Shown here: positions 1-7,675 of the stretch, piece by piece | How positions within the stretch are numbered: the stretch's first letter is position 1 | Layout: each line of letters opens with the position of its first letter | From: a virus | Virus record (IMG/VR): IMGVR_UViG_3300046777_002716 | Coordinates: 1-64,000 of that record | DNA: 64,000 nucleotides | Direction: 5' to 3' (one strand) | Notes under the pieces: model-generated | Database searches by the model: none | Seen by the model: only the letters and a program-made list of their open reading frames with translations | Told to the model about the DNA's origin: nothing | Made by a program: the position numbers and the translations under genes

Positions 1-622
1 CATAAACTTTTTTACCATTAATTACTTTTTTGTAAAATTGTTCGAAACTCCTGTACTGGTAATGTCTAATTCCAATTAAATTATTAACTCTTTTTCCCGG
101 ATGATTTATGATATCATGATTTCCAATTTCAAGGTATGATCCAGGAAATTTTCTAAAGGCAACTGACGGAAATGAATCTGAATTTTTTTTCTTATAACAC
201 ATAGACTTTATTGGATTTTTATCATCAGTATCATTTTCTGTTGGAATAAAGTCTATAACTTCGGCAACAAATATATCACCATCAGATTCTTTTAAAACCT
301 TTCCCAAAGTTTTTCCTTCTATTTTAGAATACCATATCTCATCAGCATCAATGGGAATAATAATATTAGCTCCCATTTTGTAACAGCGTGAGATCCACTC
401 ATTCATTTTATCTGGTTGATAATATGCAAATTCATTATCATCAAACACCGTTATATTATCATATTTCTCAGATAATTCAATAAGTTTTTCTCTAGTTCCA
501 TCTGACGATAAATTATTAGATACAAAGATATGATCAATATCCTGTGTTTCCAAGTACTCTATATTATATCCAATGATGTCAATCTCATCCTTGACCATCA
601 TTACCGCAAACACTTTATTCAT
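1..622 (-). CDS. Glycosyltransferase family 2-like protein (3' end runs off the window)
   Basis: Not in the ORF track. ATG at 622 overlaps the TGA of the upstream ORF and reads MNKVFAVMMVKDEIDIIGYNIEY...SNNLSSDGT...IPIDADEIW (GT-A fold with a DxD motif). Confidence 0.75.
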   Translation of the reverse strand, partial: MNKVFAVMMVKDEIDIIGYNIEYLETQDIDHIFVSNNLSSDGTREKLIELSEKYDNITVFDDNEFAYYQPDKMNEWISRCYKMGANIIIPIDADEIWYSKIEGKTLGKVLKESDGDIFVAEVIDFIPTENDTDDKNPIKSMCYKKKNSDSFPSVAFRKFPGSYLEIGNHDIINHPGKRVNNLIGIRHYQYRSFEQFYKKVINGKKVY

Positions 623-1275
623 ACGTTATTAATGGGATCGTAAACATGTCTTCCATCACCAATATGACTTACAGTCTTATTCTTTAAAGATACTGTATAG
701 TACTCCTTTTTATTGTATAATAATCCAACATCTTTTTCTGATTTACCAACTACTGGTTTTATTTCCTCATATGCAGAAAATTTAAACAAATTTGGATTGT
801 AAGTAAATCCAGGCCACCCATTATATCCAGGAATTAGTATACTAAATTCAGATTCCGTACCTTCCTCATAAACTTCATCTTCGGTTGGATGAGGACTATC
901 CTTCCTAAAAGTAACCTGAATGATATTATCATATTTTTCTAGAATAGGAATACTTCTAGAAATAAATTCACCATCATCAAAATACCAATCATCCTCACAA
1001 TGAAAAACATACTTCGTCTTAACGTAAGAGTATGCTTTATCAATGCTTGCAGGTTGACCTAGTTTTTCTTGATTATAAAGAACTGTCCAATTCTTAAGAT
1101 ACCCATTTTCATTTTCTTCTTTTAATTGTGAGTACCATTCTTGATCAGTTGAGTCATCAATTAAAATTTTTGTCGGAATTTTATCAAGGGTTTCTTTAGG
1201 TATAGACAAGATAGTTTTTTTTAAAAGATCTGGACGATTACAACTCGTCAAAACCATAGTTACGTCAGTATACAT
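619..1275 (-). CDS. Glycosyltransferase family 2
   Basis: LTSCNRPDLL, LIDDS and FHCEDDW motifs of the GT-A fold. Confidence 0.75.
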   Translation of the reverse strand: MYTDVTMVLTSCNRPDLLKKTILSIPKETLDKIPTKILIDDSTDQEWYSQLKEENENGYLKNWTVLYNQEKLGQPASIDKAYSYVKTKYVFHCEDDWYFDDGEFISRSIPILEKYDNIIQVTFRKDSPHPTEDEVYEEGTESEFSILIPGYNGWPGFTYNPNLFKFSAYEEIKPVVGKSEKDVGLLYNKKEYYTVSLKNKTVSHIGDGRHVYDPINNV

Positions 1276-1294
1276 AACATCTCTCCAATTTTAT

Positions 1295-1906
1295 TTACAG
1301 ATTTATTTTATGAACGTGAGTATAATCAACATATTCTTCACAGATATCAGAGTATCCAGGTTTTTGCCATGCTAAATGTGGGTTAACAACATATGCATTA
1401 ATAGATGATTGAATATTAGCATATACAACATCTAGTGGATCCTTTGTTATTGATAAAATATTAATCAATGGATCAAACATGTTATTACGAATTGCATAAC
1501 AATGTGCTGAATATGAATAATTTAATTTATAAATTCTTTCATTTATTTTATTTGGTTTTTGTATATGATTAGCACCCAGAAAGATCATATTCCAATTATC
1601 AGGAACTAATTTCATACACTCATCAAATTGATTAGAAAAATCATCACAAAATTCCACATCATCTTCTAAAATCATGACAGAAGAAAGATTAGATTCTTTT
1701 GCCATTTTAATGACACTAAGTTGAGATATTAAACATCCAATTTGACCTGGAAGTAATGGAGGAACTTGATCTACGATTTTTCCATCAACTGCAGAAAATC
1801 TTTCCGCAATAATATTATGTTTTACAAATTCCTGCTGACAATCACTCCAACGATCGGTTCTTTTATCTAAATTAATACAGTAAATTTTATCAAAATAATT
1901 ATTCAT
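1295..1906 (-). CDS. Glycosyltransferase family 25
   Basis: IYCINLDKRTDRW, RFSAVDG, IGCLISQ and ILEDDV motifs. Confidence 0.85.
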   Translation of the reverse strand: MNNYFDKIYCINLDKRTDRWSDCQQEFVKHNIIAERFSAVDGKIVDQVPPLLPGQIGCLISQLSVIKMAKESNLSSVMILEDDVEFCDDFSNQFDECMKLVPDNWNMIFLGANHIQKPNKINERIYKLNYSYSAHCYAIRNNMFDPLINILSITKDPLDVVYANIQSSINAYVVNPHLAWQKPGYSDICEEYVDYTHVHKINL

Positions 1907-2534
1907 TTGGTGATGTCAGTAAGTGTGATTTAATATACAATGCATCTCCCCAGGTTCCACCAGACCAATCAGTTTCAACTCTAATTATATCATATTTTTG
2001 TAAGTATTCATCGAGATCTTCAATTAAAGCATTATTTTCATAAACTTCATCACGATTAACTTCACAATAAACATAATCAATATATTTTAATGTATTTTCT
2101 CCACCCTTCAAAACTTCTAGTTCATAACCTTGAACATCCATGTTGATAAAATTACAGTTAGTAATCTCAAATTGATCTAATTTTTTGACTTCAACTTCTT
2201 CCGTTAATGGAAAACTAACATCTGGATGTTGTGTTAAATGTACTTTAGGTTTAAGAATAGAACTACTTTGTTTTTGATTACTACTAACATACATTGTAGC
2301 AAATCCTGGATTAGATCCAAGAGCCACTTGATATCCTTGTATATTTGCATTTAAATGTTTTACATTCTCTTCCAAAATACTAAAATTTTCACAAAGAGGC
2401 TCAAACAATACAATATCATTGATATTATTATTGACATATTCTGGTATTTCTTCCCCGTAGTGTGCTCCAATATGAATAATTCCTTTAATATTCATATTAT
2501 ATTTTTTAACCATTTCTGAAAAACTAATTAACAT
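1899..2534 (-). CDS. FkbM family SAM-dependent methyltransferase
   Basis: IHIGAHYG, FEP and INMDVQGYELEVLKG motifs; likely start MLISF at 2534. Confidence 0.85.
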   Translation of the reverse strand: MLISFSEMVKKYNMNIKGIIHIGAHYGEEIPEYVNNNINDIVLFEPLCENFSILEENVKHLNANIQGYQVALGSNPGFATMYVSSNQKQSSSILKPKVHLTQHPDVSFPLTEEVEVKKLDQFEITNCNFINMDVQGYELEVLKGGENTLKYIDYVYCEVNRDEVYENNALIEDLDEYLQKYDIIRVETDWSGGTWGDALYIKSHLLTSPNE

Positions 2535-3325
2535 TGTACCCACTCCTTACAATAAAGATCATCTGTATTATGCGTTAATGGTGGACCAAACCATTTTTTT
2601 GGTGCTACTACTTTTTTACTATTAGATAACCATGCTCCCCACCAACTAAATGAACTATTACAGATGATGTGATTATTACATTTAGATTGAAGATATAAAT
2701 CAACGGCAGTATTGTTTTCTTCAGACATGGTGAATCTATTTGATTCAAAAATTTTCTGACTTTTACACCATTCAATATCATCAGAAAATACAATTACTGG
2801 AATATCATTATCAAAGTGACTCAATGCTAACTTATAATAATTAATATCCTGTACTGGGTGATGCGAATAATTTAGATAATCTCCTCTTCTAACATGTAAC
2901 GATAAAATATCAGAATCACCAAACTCAGATTCTAATAACTCATCACAAGGATTTGATATTTCTTCGATGAAAGTAAAATCATTTTTTAATTCTTCCTTGA
3001 TATGATTGAAATATTTTTCAGTTTGAAAATATCCGAAAAGATCTACATTATCTGGACAATTATTCCAGATATTCTCATCAAAATTAAAAGATGATTCTTC
3101 AATCATTATATTGTCGGTGATTTTTCTTTCCACTTCTGGTAATTTAAAGCACTGAAAAATATTAAAATCAGATCTGGCACAATTTGGATCCCTAGTTCCA
3201 ACAAAAGAACTTGGTGGTAGACAATATTCATAATTAAATTTTGATGCTATTCCCCGCAAAGAAGCATATTGGAACATTTGATTTCCAAGTCTACCAAGAT
3301 TGCCAATAGAGTTGTTAGATATCAT
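2528..3325 (-). CDS. Alpha-1,2-fucosyltransferase (GT11)
   Basis: GRLGNQMFQYA, SLHVRRGDY and NSSFSWWGAWL motifs. Confidence 0.9.
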   Translation of the reverse strand: MISNNSIGNLGRLGNQMFQYASLRGIASKFNYEYCLPPSSFVGTRDPNCARSDFNIFQCFKLPEVERKITDNIMIEESSFNFDENIWNNCPDNVDLFGYFQTEKYFNHIKEELKNDFTFIEEISNPCDELLESEFGDSDILSLHVRRGDYLNYSHHPVQDINYYKLALSHFDNDIPVIVFSDDIEWCKSQKIFESNRFTMSEENNTAVDLYLQSKCNNHIICNSSFSWWGAWLSNSKKVVAPKKWFGPPLTHNTDDLYCKEWVQC

Positions 3326-3381
3326 AAATTAATAGCAAACATTTAAAATATATTTTACTACATTTAAAATATATATTGAAT

Positions 3382-3408
3382 AAAAAAGAGAGGTTTAAAC
3401 CTCTCTTT
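3382..3408 (-). terminator. Rho-independent terminator
   Basis: AAAGAGAGG-TTTAAA-CCTCTCTTT followed by a U-tract on the minus strand. Confidence 0.7.
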
Positions 3409-3424
3409 AAAATATTTTAAATAG

Positions 3425-3565
3425 ATAATTTTTTTACTGGAAATTATAAACCAGGCGGAGAAAGAATTCCCCATCCGCACCACCAATCCTTGAGAGAGAT
3501 TGGAAACTCATAAGAGGGTCATATTTGACTCCACCAGGGCAAGTTTTAAGTCATTCCTGGACTAA
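3425..3565 (-). ncRNA. Multi-pseudoknot structured RNA resembling the cyanophage manA/wcaG RNA motifs
   Basis: Minus strand AGTCCAGGAATGACT...CCCTGGTGGAGTC...GAGTTTCCAATCTCTCTCAAGGATTGGTGGTGCGGATGGG...CCGCCTGGTTTATAATTTCCAGTAAAAAAATTAT contains three H-type pseudoknot-compatible modules. The family assignment is from memory. Confidence 0.6.
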
Positions 3566-3782
3566 GTAAAAGTTGGGTTAGTTTTGTAATCTCACTAAAA
3601 CTAAAGAATACACATAAAATAAGTACATCCCACAATTTTAGTTTAATTGCAAAAGGTACTGTAAGTAATCCCCCAATACACTTTATTAATAACCCATTTT
3701 TAAAATCTCCCCATAACATGATTTGATAACCAAATATGAGAAGAATATTCCCAAGATATCTTAGGATACTTGTTTTAGACAT
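3546..3782 (-). CDS. Small membrane protein (likely start MSKTS at 3782)
   Basis: Three hydrophobic segments; the annotated upstream extension overlaps an RNA module. Confidence 0.6.
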   Translation of the reverse strand: MSKTSILRYLGNILLIFGYQIMLWGDFKNGLLIKCIGGLLTVPFAIKLKLWDVLILCVFFSFSEITKLTQLLLSPGMT

Positions 3783-3783
3783 A

Positions 3784-3828
3784 AGGGGGTTGCTACCGAC
3801 CAGTACTTTTAAAGTCTCTCCGTGACTA
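3784..3828 (-). ncRNA. Second manA-like pseudoknot module
   Basis: AGTCACGGAGAGACTTTAAAAGTACTGGTCGG has the same AGTC-N7-GACT-TAAAA-CTGGT pattern as 3535-3563. Confidence 0.5.
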
Positions 3829-3829
3829 T

Positions 3830-4072
3830 TTAATCCCAATCTTCAATGTCATTTTCATCAATATAGCATGGTTGATTAGTTAACCATTTTGCATATTCGA
3901 TGTCTTCCATTGCTAATGAACATTGCATTGAATTATCGAATAAGTAAACGTCATTCCACCTTTTAGAATAGTAATCTTGCGTTTGAAGGCGATAATCAGG
4001 TTTGCCATTTAATTCAATAATTCCCTTTTCGACAAATCTAAATCCTTCTCGTTCTAGAAGAATTTTTGTCAT
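3830..4072 (-). CDS. Hypothetical protein (cyanophage type)
   Basis: 80-aa ORF, ATGA-coupled to the upstream ORF. Confidence 0.7.
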   Translation of the reverse strand: MTKILLEREGFRFVEKGIIELNGKPDYRLQTQDYYSKRWNDVYLFDNSMQCSLAMEDIEYAKWLTNQPCYIDENDIEDWD

Positions 4073-4284
4073 GCAACTTCAACCGATTCTAGATCTTGAT
4101 AGAGATACTCCATTAGAATTTCATAATCATCAAGAGGATCACCAGAAAATACAACCCCTTCATTTTCATAGAAACGGCGTACCTTTTTATAAAGTTTCGG
4201 ATTCTTTACATCAAGATAGAAATCACCGTTAGCAGCACCACGAAGGGTTTGAACGTCTTTCTTGAATTTAGCGATCAGAGACAT
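4069..4284 (-). CDS. Hypothetical early protein (cyanophage type)
   Basis: 71-aa ORF directly below a consensus sigma70 promoter. Confidence 0.7.
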   Translation of the reverse strand: MSLIAKFKKDVQTLRGAANGDFYLDVKNPKLYKKVRRFYENEGVVFSGDPLDDYEILMEYLYQDLESVEVA

Positions 4285-4307
4285 TGTTTTGTGTTGTTTG
4301 CTCTAGT

Positions 4308-4360
4308 ATTATAAGGGTTTGAACTTGTTGTGTCAAGTGTGCCAGTTTTGGAACTGGCAC
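4308..4360 (-). promoter_or_regulatory. Early sigma70 promoter with upstream palindromic motif
   Basis: GTGCCAGTTCCAAAACTGGCAC, then TTGACA-17 bp-TATAAT. Confidence 0.8.
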
Positions 4361-4432
4361 TCGGGGTGGAGAGGATCGAACTCCCGTCTTCATCTTCCCA
4401 AAAGATGCCGTCTACCGCTGACTTACACCCCG
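4361..4432 (-). tRNA. tRNA-Pro(TGG)
   Basis: Cloverleaf; CATCT-TTTGGGA-AGATG; GTTCGATCC. Confidence 0.9.
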
Positions 4433-4550
4433 TTGTGCCGTTATTTAGTTCGGTGTACAATCATTATACCTATAACAGGAACGATTGTCAAGAGGTAACA
4501 AAGGATAAACAAAAACACATTATTATTTAACAAAGTTGCTATAAAATGAC

Positions 4551-4742
4551 TCATTTGTTTAAAAATTTAAAAAATTCTTCATTGATTACTTTATCAAGTT
4601 CAGTCAATTGATATCTAGTAAAATCCCAATTATCTAAAATTAACTTATCAATAAATCTATAAACTTCTGTTGATATTTTAATTTTCTGCCTATAAAAAGA
4701 ACTAAGTATGAATTGTCTTTTTTGCCAAACCTCATCTTTCAT
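4551..4742 (-). CDS. Hypothetical protein
   Basis: 63-aa ORF, ATGA-coupled to the upstream small ORF. Confidence 0.55.
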   Translation of the reverse strand: MKDEVWQKRQFILSSFYRQKIKISTEVYRFIDKLILDNWDFTRYQLTELDKVINEEFFKFLNK

Positions 4743-4888
4743 TTTTCGTCACCAAGATACTTTGCTAAGGGATCTTTTTTAGTTTTTACTATTTCAACCG
4801 CTCTCTTATAGAACATGTTTTCGGTGTTACCAGAAGATTCGAAGGTTTCCTTGATCTTCACCCAATTGTTATAGGTGTGCTGATCCAT
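4739..4888 (-). CDS. Small hypothetical protein (49 aa, MDQHTYNNWVKIKETFESSGNTENMFYKRA...)
   Basis: Below the track cut-off; open frame whose stop overlaps the next ATG. Confidence 0.7.
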   Translation of the reverse strand: MDQHTYNNWVKIKETFESSGNTENMFYKRAVEIVKTKKDPLAKYLGDEK

Positions 4889-4914
4889 AAGATTATAAGT
4901 TGAATACTACTAGT

Positions 4915-4958
4915 TATACTAGTAGATAGTTTGATATTGTCATGTTTGTGTTGATACA
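4915..4958 (-). promoter_or_regulatory. Candidate NtcA-activated promoter
   Basis: TGTA-TCAACACA-AACA, then 22 nt, then TAGTAT (GTA-N8-TAC-N22-TAN3T with one mismatch). Confidence 0.4.
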
Positions 4959-5001
4959 AAAATATAGATTAAAAAAATCTAAAATTTTGTAGTATTTGTA
5001 A

Positions 5002-5083
5002 CGGAGAATAATAGAATCGAACTATCAGGTGTTACCCTGGCATCGTTTTCAAGACGATTTACCGACCATCGGTGCTATTCTCC
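5002..5083 (-). tRNA. tRNA-Ser(TGA)
   Basis: ATCGT-CTTGAAA-ACGAT, long variable arm, G73. Confidence 0.85.
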
Positions 5084-5122
5084 ATATTTTGAATATCCCA
5101 AATGTTTTGCGTAGTGACAATA

Positions 5123-5380
5123 TCAGCGGACTTCAAAATCTAATCTTCTTACTTTACGTTGACGCCTTGCTTCTTGAAATGCAAGATCTTCGTTTGTAAG
5201 TAATCCAGATTTTATTTTATTATTTAGAGAGTTTAGCATGACTATCTGTGATAAGTCAACTGCAGAGATCTTATTACCCCTAATAGTTGCCATATTTGGG
5301 CATCCACATGAAACTGTTTTCGTATGATGCCCTTCTATCTCCCTGTTACAGGATCTGCATCTAATTCTTATATTTTCCAT
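5123..5380 (-). CDS. Small Cys-rich (Zn-binding) hypothetical protein
   Basis: CRSC...SCGCPN motif. Confidence 0.7.
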   Translation of the reverse strand: MENIRIRCRSCNREIEGHHTKTVSCGCPNMATIRGNKISAVDLSQIVMLNSLNNKIKSGLLTNEDLAFQEARRQRKVRRLDFEVR

Positions 5381-5399
5381 TTTTAATTATAAAATTTAT

Positions 5400-5837
5400 T
5401 TATTTTTCAGTGAAAGATCTTAAAAACCAAACAAACTTACCGTGTGCCTCGTTTAAATCATCAAGTAGATTTGTAGTTCCTCTTGAATTAAGTTCTTCTG
5501 CAACTTTTGCTGCTTCACTAAACATATCTATAAGAGTTTTATGGTCATCAAGTAGGTCTTTAATCATTTCCATCTCAGATAGACCACTCTTTGCTTCTGA
5601 AACCCTTGATACTTCAGAAACCCTTGAAAGAGCACTAACTGGTTTTGCACCAAGAAAACGAATATGCTCCGAAATTCTATCAACTTCTTCAAAGAGAGCA
5701 TTATACTGCTCACCAAATAAAGTATGAATTTGATAAAAATCAGGTCCACTAATGTGCCAATGATATACCCAAGTTTTTTGAAAAAGAACAAAAAGACTTG
5801 CCTGAGTATCAGATAAAATCTTATATAGTTTTTCCAT
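5400..5837 (-). CDS. dps: Dps/ferritin-like protein
   Basis: HWHISGPDFYQIHTLFGEQY...VDRISEHIRFLG ferroxidase signature; late promoter TATAAATA at 5858-5865. Confidence 0.9.
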   Translation of the reverse strand: MEKLYKILSDTQASLFVLFQKTWVYHWHISGPDFYQIHTLFGEQYNALFEEVDRISEHIRFLGAKPVSALSRVSEVSRVSEAKSGLSEMEMIKDLLDDHKTLIDMFSEAAKVAEELNSRGTTNLLDDLNEAHGKFVWFLRSFTEK

Positions 5838-5868
5838 TATACCAATTAATTTTTAGGTATTTATAATA

Positions 5869-5940
5869 TGGGTGATGACGGGATTGAACCGCCGGCCGCC
5901 TCAATGTAAACGAGATGCTCTACCGCTGAGCTAATCACCC
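5869..5940 (-). tRNA. tRNA-Val(TAC)
   Basis: GGGTGAT acceptor; TCTCG-TTTACAT-TGAGG. Confidence 0.9.
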
Positions 5941-5947
5941 AAAAAAG

Positions 5948-6112
5948 TCATGATTGACTTAGCATATACTCTACAGTATTAGCAATGTCATTCATAGCAG
6001 CACGAAGATCTTTTTGACCTCCAGATTCTTGCTTAATAATTGGTCGTGAAGAATCAGTAAGAGTCCAACGCCATTCATCAGCATGTTCAGAGTACCATAA
6101 TTTAATGTTCAT
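5948..6112 (-). CDS. Small hypothetical protein (54 aa, MNIKLWYSEHADEWRWTL...)
   Basis: Open frame below the track cut-off, overlapping the upstream ORF. Confidence 0.6.
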   Translation of the reverse strand: MNIKLWYSEHADEWRWTLTDSSRPIIKQESGGQKDLRAAMNDIANTVEYMLSQS

Positions 6113-6260
6113 TTTTCTGATACTCCAGTTTAACCCAATTTAAAAGCGCATTATAAGAATAAATTGCCGCTTCATTGCACTTATTCTTTTCCATATCATA
6201 GATATAGAACTCAAGTGCTTCAATGACCATTTGTCGGTCTTTTTGTGAAATAAGAGACAT
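6102..6260 (-). CDS. Small hypothetical protein (52 aa, MSLISQKDRQMVIEALEFY...)
   Basis: Open frame below the track cut-off. Confidence 0.6.
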   Translation of the reverse strand: MSLISQKDRQMVIEALEFYIYDMEKNKCNEAAIYSYNALLNWVKLEYQKNEH

Positions 6261-6294
6261 TGCTGAAAGGGGAGGTTTCCCTCCCCAAGTTACA

Positions 6295-7179
6295 TCAGAA
6301 CTTGAAACCTAGACCAGTGGTGAATACTGGAGAGTATGCACCGTTGGTAGCACCGTAACTGTTAGCAGCATTGGTGGTAGGGAACTTCAGGTCAGCGAAA
6401 CCAACCAGAGAGTTGGTGATACGACCTTCCAGACCCACGGCGAGAACAACTTGACCCTTCTCACCCACAGCGGATTGGAAGTTAGCAGCGGTGTTGTTCA
6501 CGAAAGGAACTTGATAACCCACACCAGCGTACAGGTTTGCCTTGCTCACACCAGAAGCAGCACGGGCGAGACTCCAATCATAAGAAACTAGAGCACCACC
6601 AGCGGCACCGATTTGACCAGCAGGAGTACCAACGAAGTTAGCATAAGGACGGACGGCAACAGCATTTTGGTTGCTGAAGGTACGCACTGCATAACGACCT
6701 TGGATAGTACCACCAGACACGGTACGGTTCTCGGTGTAACCATTACCATCAACACCCTGCTTGTTCAGGAGAACACCAGCACCCAGGTAGTTACCTACGC
6801 CTTGTGCTTTCTGAGCAGAGGCAACTTCCAGAGCACTCACACGGGCGTTGGTGGCACCCAGTTCACGGGAGAACTCAGCACGGAGAGCAGCAGCGGTTTG
6901 GGCATCAGCAGCGGTGTAGAACTCGGTGATGCGGTCCAGGCAAGCATTAGTCAGGGCAGCGAGTTCAGCACGAGTAGCGGGTTGACCAGACTGGAAAGTA
7001 CCATTGGGATAACCAGCAACACAACCATAACGGGCAACAAGATTAGAGATCGCCTGATAGGACCACTCAGTAGGTTGCACATCACGCAGTTGAGAAACGC
7101 TAGTGACTTGTGCCATAGCAGGAGCAGCGATAGAAGTCGCGGCAACTACACCAGCAGTAATAATATTTTGAAAATTCAT
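6295..7179 (-). CDS. SLH-domain outer-membrane protein with a cyanobacterial Som/porin-like N-terminus
   Basis: Signal peptide (AMA|Q); QVTSVSQLRDVQPTEWSYQAISNLVARYGCVAGYPNGTF is the Som-type SLH start; amphipathic beta strands; terminal Phe. Confidence 0.8.
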   Translation of the reverse strand: MNFQNIITAGVVAATSIAAPAMAQVTSVSQLRDVQPTEWSYQAISNLVARYGCVAGYPNGTFQSGQPATRAELAALTNACLDRITEFYTAADAQTAAALRAEFSRELGATNARVSALEVASAQKAQGVGNYLGAGVLLNKQGVDGNGYTENRTVSGGTIQGRYAVRTFSNQNAVAVRPYANFVGTPAGQIGAAGGALVSYDWSLARAASGVSKANLYAGVGYQVPFVNNTAANFQSAVGEKGQVVLAVGLEGRITNSLVGFADLKFPTTNAANSYGATNGAYSPVFTTGLGFKF

Positions 7180-7235
7180 ATTGTATTAATAATTACAACT
7201 ACGAGGTTTATTTAGACGCCCTGAGTATTAGGGCA

Positions 7236-7307
7236 AGCGGCATATCGGATTCGAACCGATGACATTCAGCTTGGAAGGCTGACGTTCTACCACTGAACTA
7301 ATGCCGC
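7236..7307 (-). tRNA. tRNA-Gly(TCC)
   Basis: TCAGC-CTTCCAA-GCTGA. Confidence 0.92.
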
Positions 7308-7310
7308 AAA

Positions 7311-7356
7311 TGGTGGGGAGAAATAAATCTCCCAGCACACTTCTTTCACACGGAAG
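7311..7356 (-). ncRNA. Small RNA with its own sigma70 promoter (GUGUGA 5' motif, ends ...CCACCA)
   Basis: TTGACA (7382-7387)-17-TATAAT (7359-7364), then CCGTGTGAAAGAAGTG and a GGGAGA/TCTCCC hairpin. Confidence 0.45.
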
Positions 7357-7386
7357 GGATTATAAGACAAACTTTAAAGTTTGTCA

Positions 7387-7460
7387 AGCCCCAGACAAGA
7401 CTTGAACTTGCGACCTGAGCTTTACAAAAGCCCTGCTCTATCCAACTGAGCTACTGAGGC
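7387..7460 (-). tRNA. tRNA-Thr(TGT)
   Basis: GGGCT-TTTGTAA-AGCTC. Confidence 0.92.
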
Positions 7461-7464
7461 AAAG

Positions 7465-7559
7465 GTGCCATGAGTGTCCACGGCACACCAGACACTTGGT
7501 TGTTTCGGATATGATGGTCCCGAAACTTATGATAGAATCGGAAATTTCCAACCCTATCA
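7465..7559 (-). ncRNA. Structured spacer RNA (two hairpins plus an H-type pseudoknot)
   Basis: TGATAGGGTTGGAA/TTCCGATTCTATCA; GTTTCGG/CCGAAAC; AGTGTC/GACACT crossed by GTGCCGTG/CATGGCAC. Confidence 0.5.
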
Positions 7560-7560
7560 A

Positions 7561-7633
7561 CTGGGGCGGCAGGGATCGAACCTGCGACCTAGATGTTAAC
7601 AGCATCCCGCTACTACCGCTGAGCTACACCCCA
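7561..7633 (-). tRNA. tRNA-Asn(GTT)
   Basis: GGATG-CTGTTAA-CATCT. Confidence 0.92.
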
Positions 7634-7675
7634 ATGTTTATTTTATAAATAAGATTAGCAGTTCGTGTTAATCTT

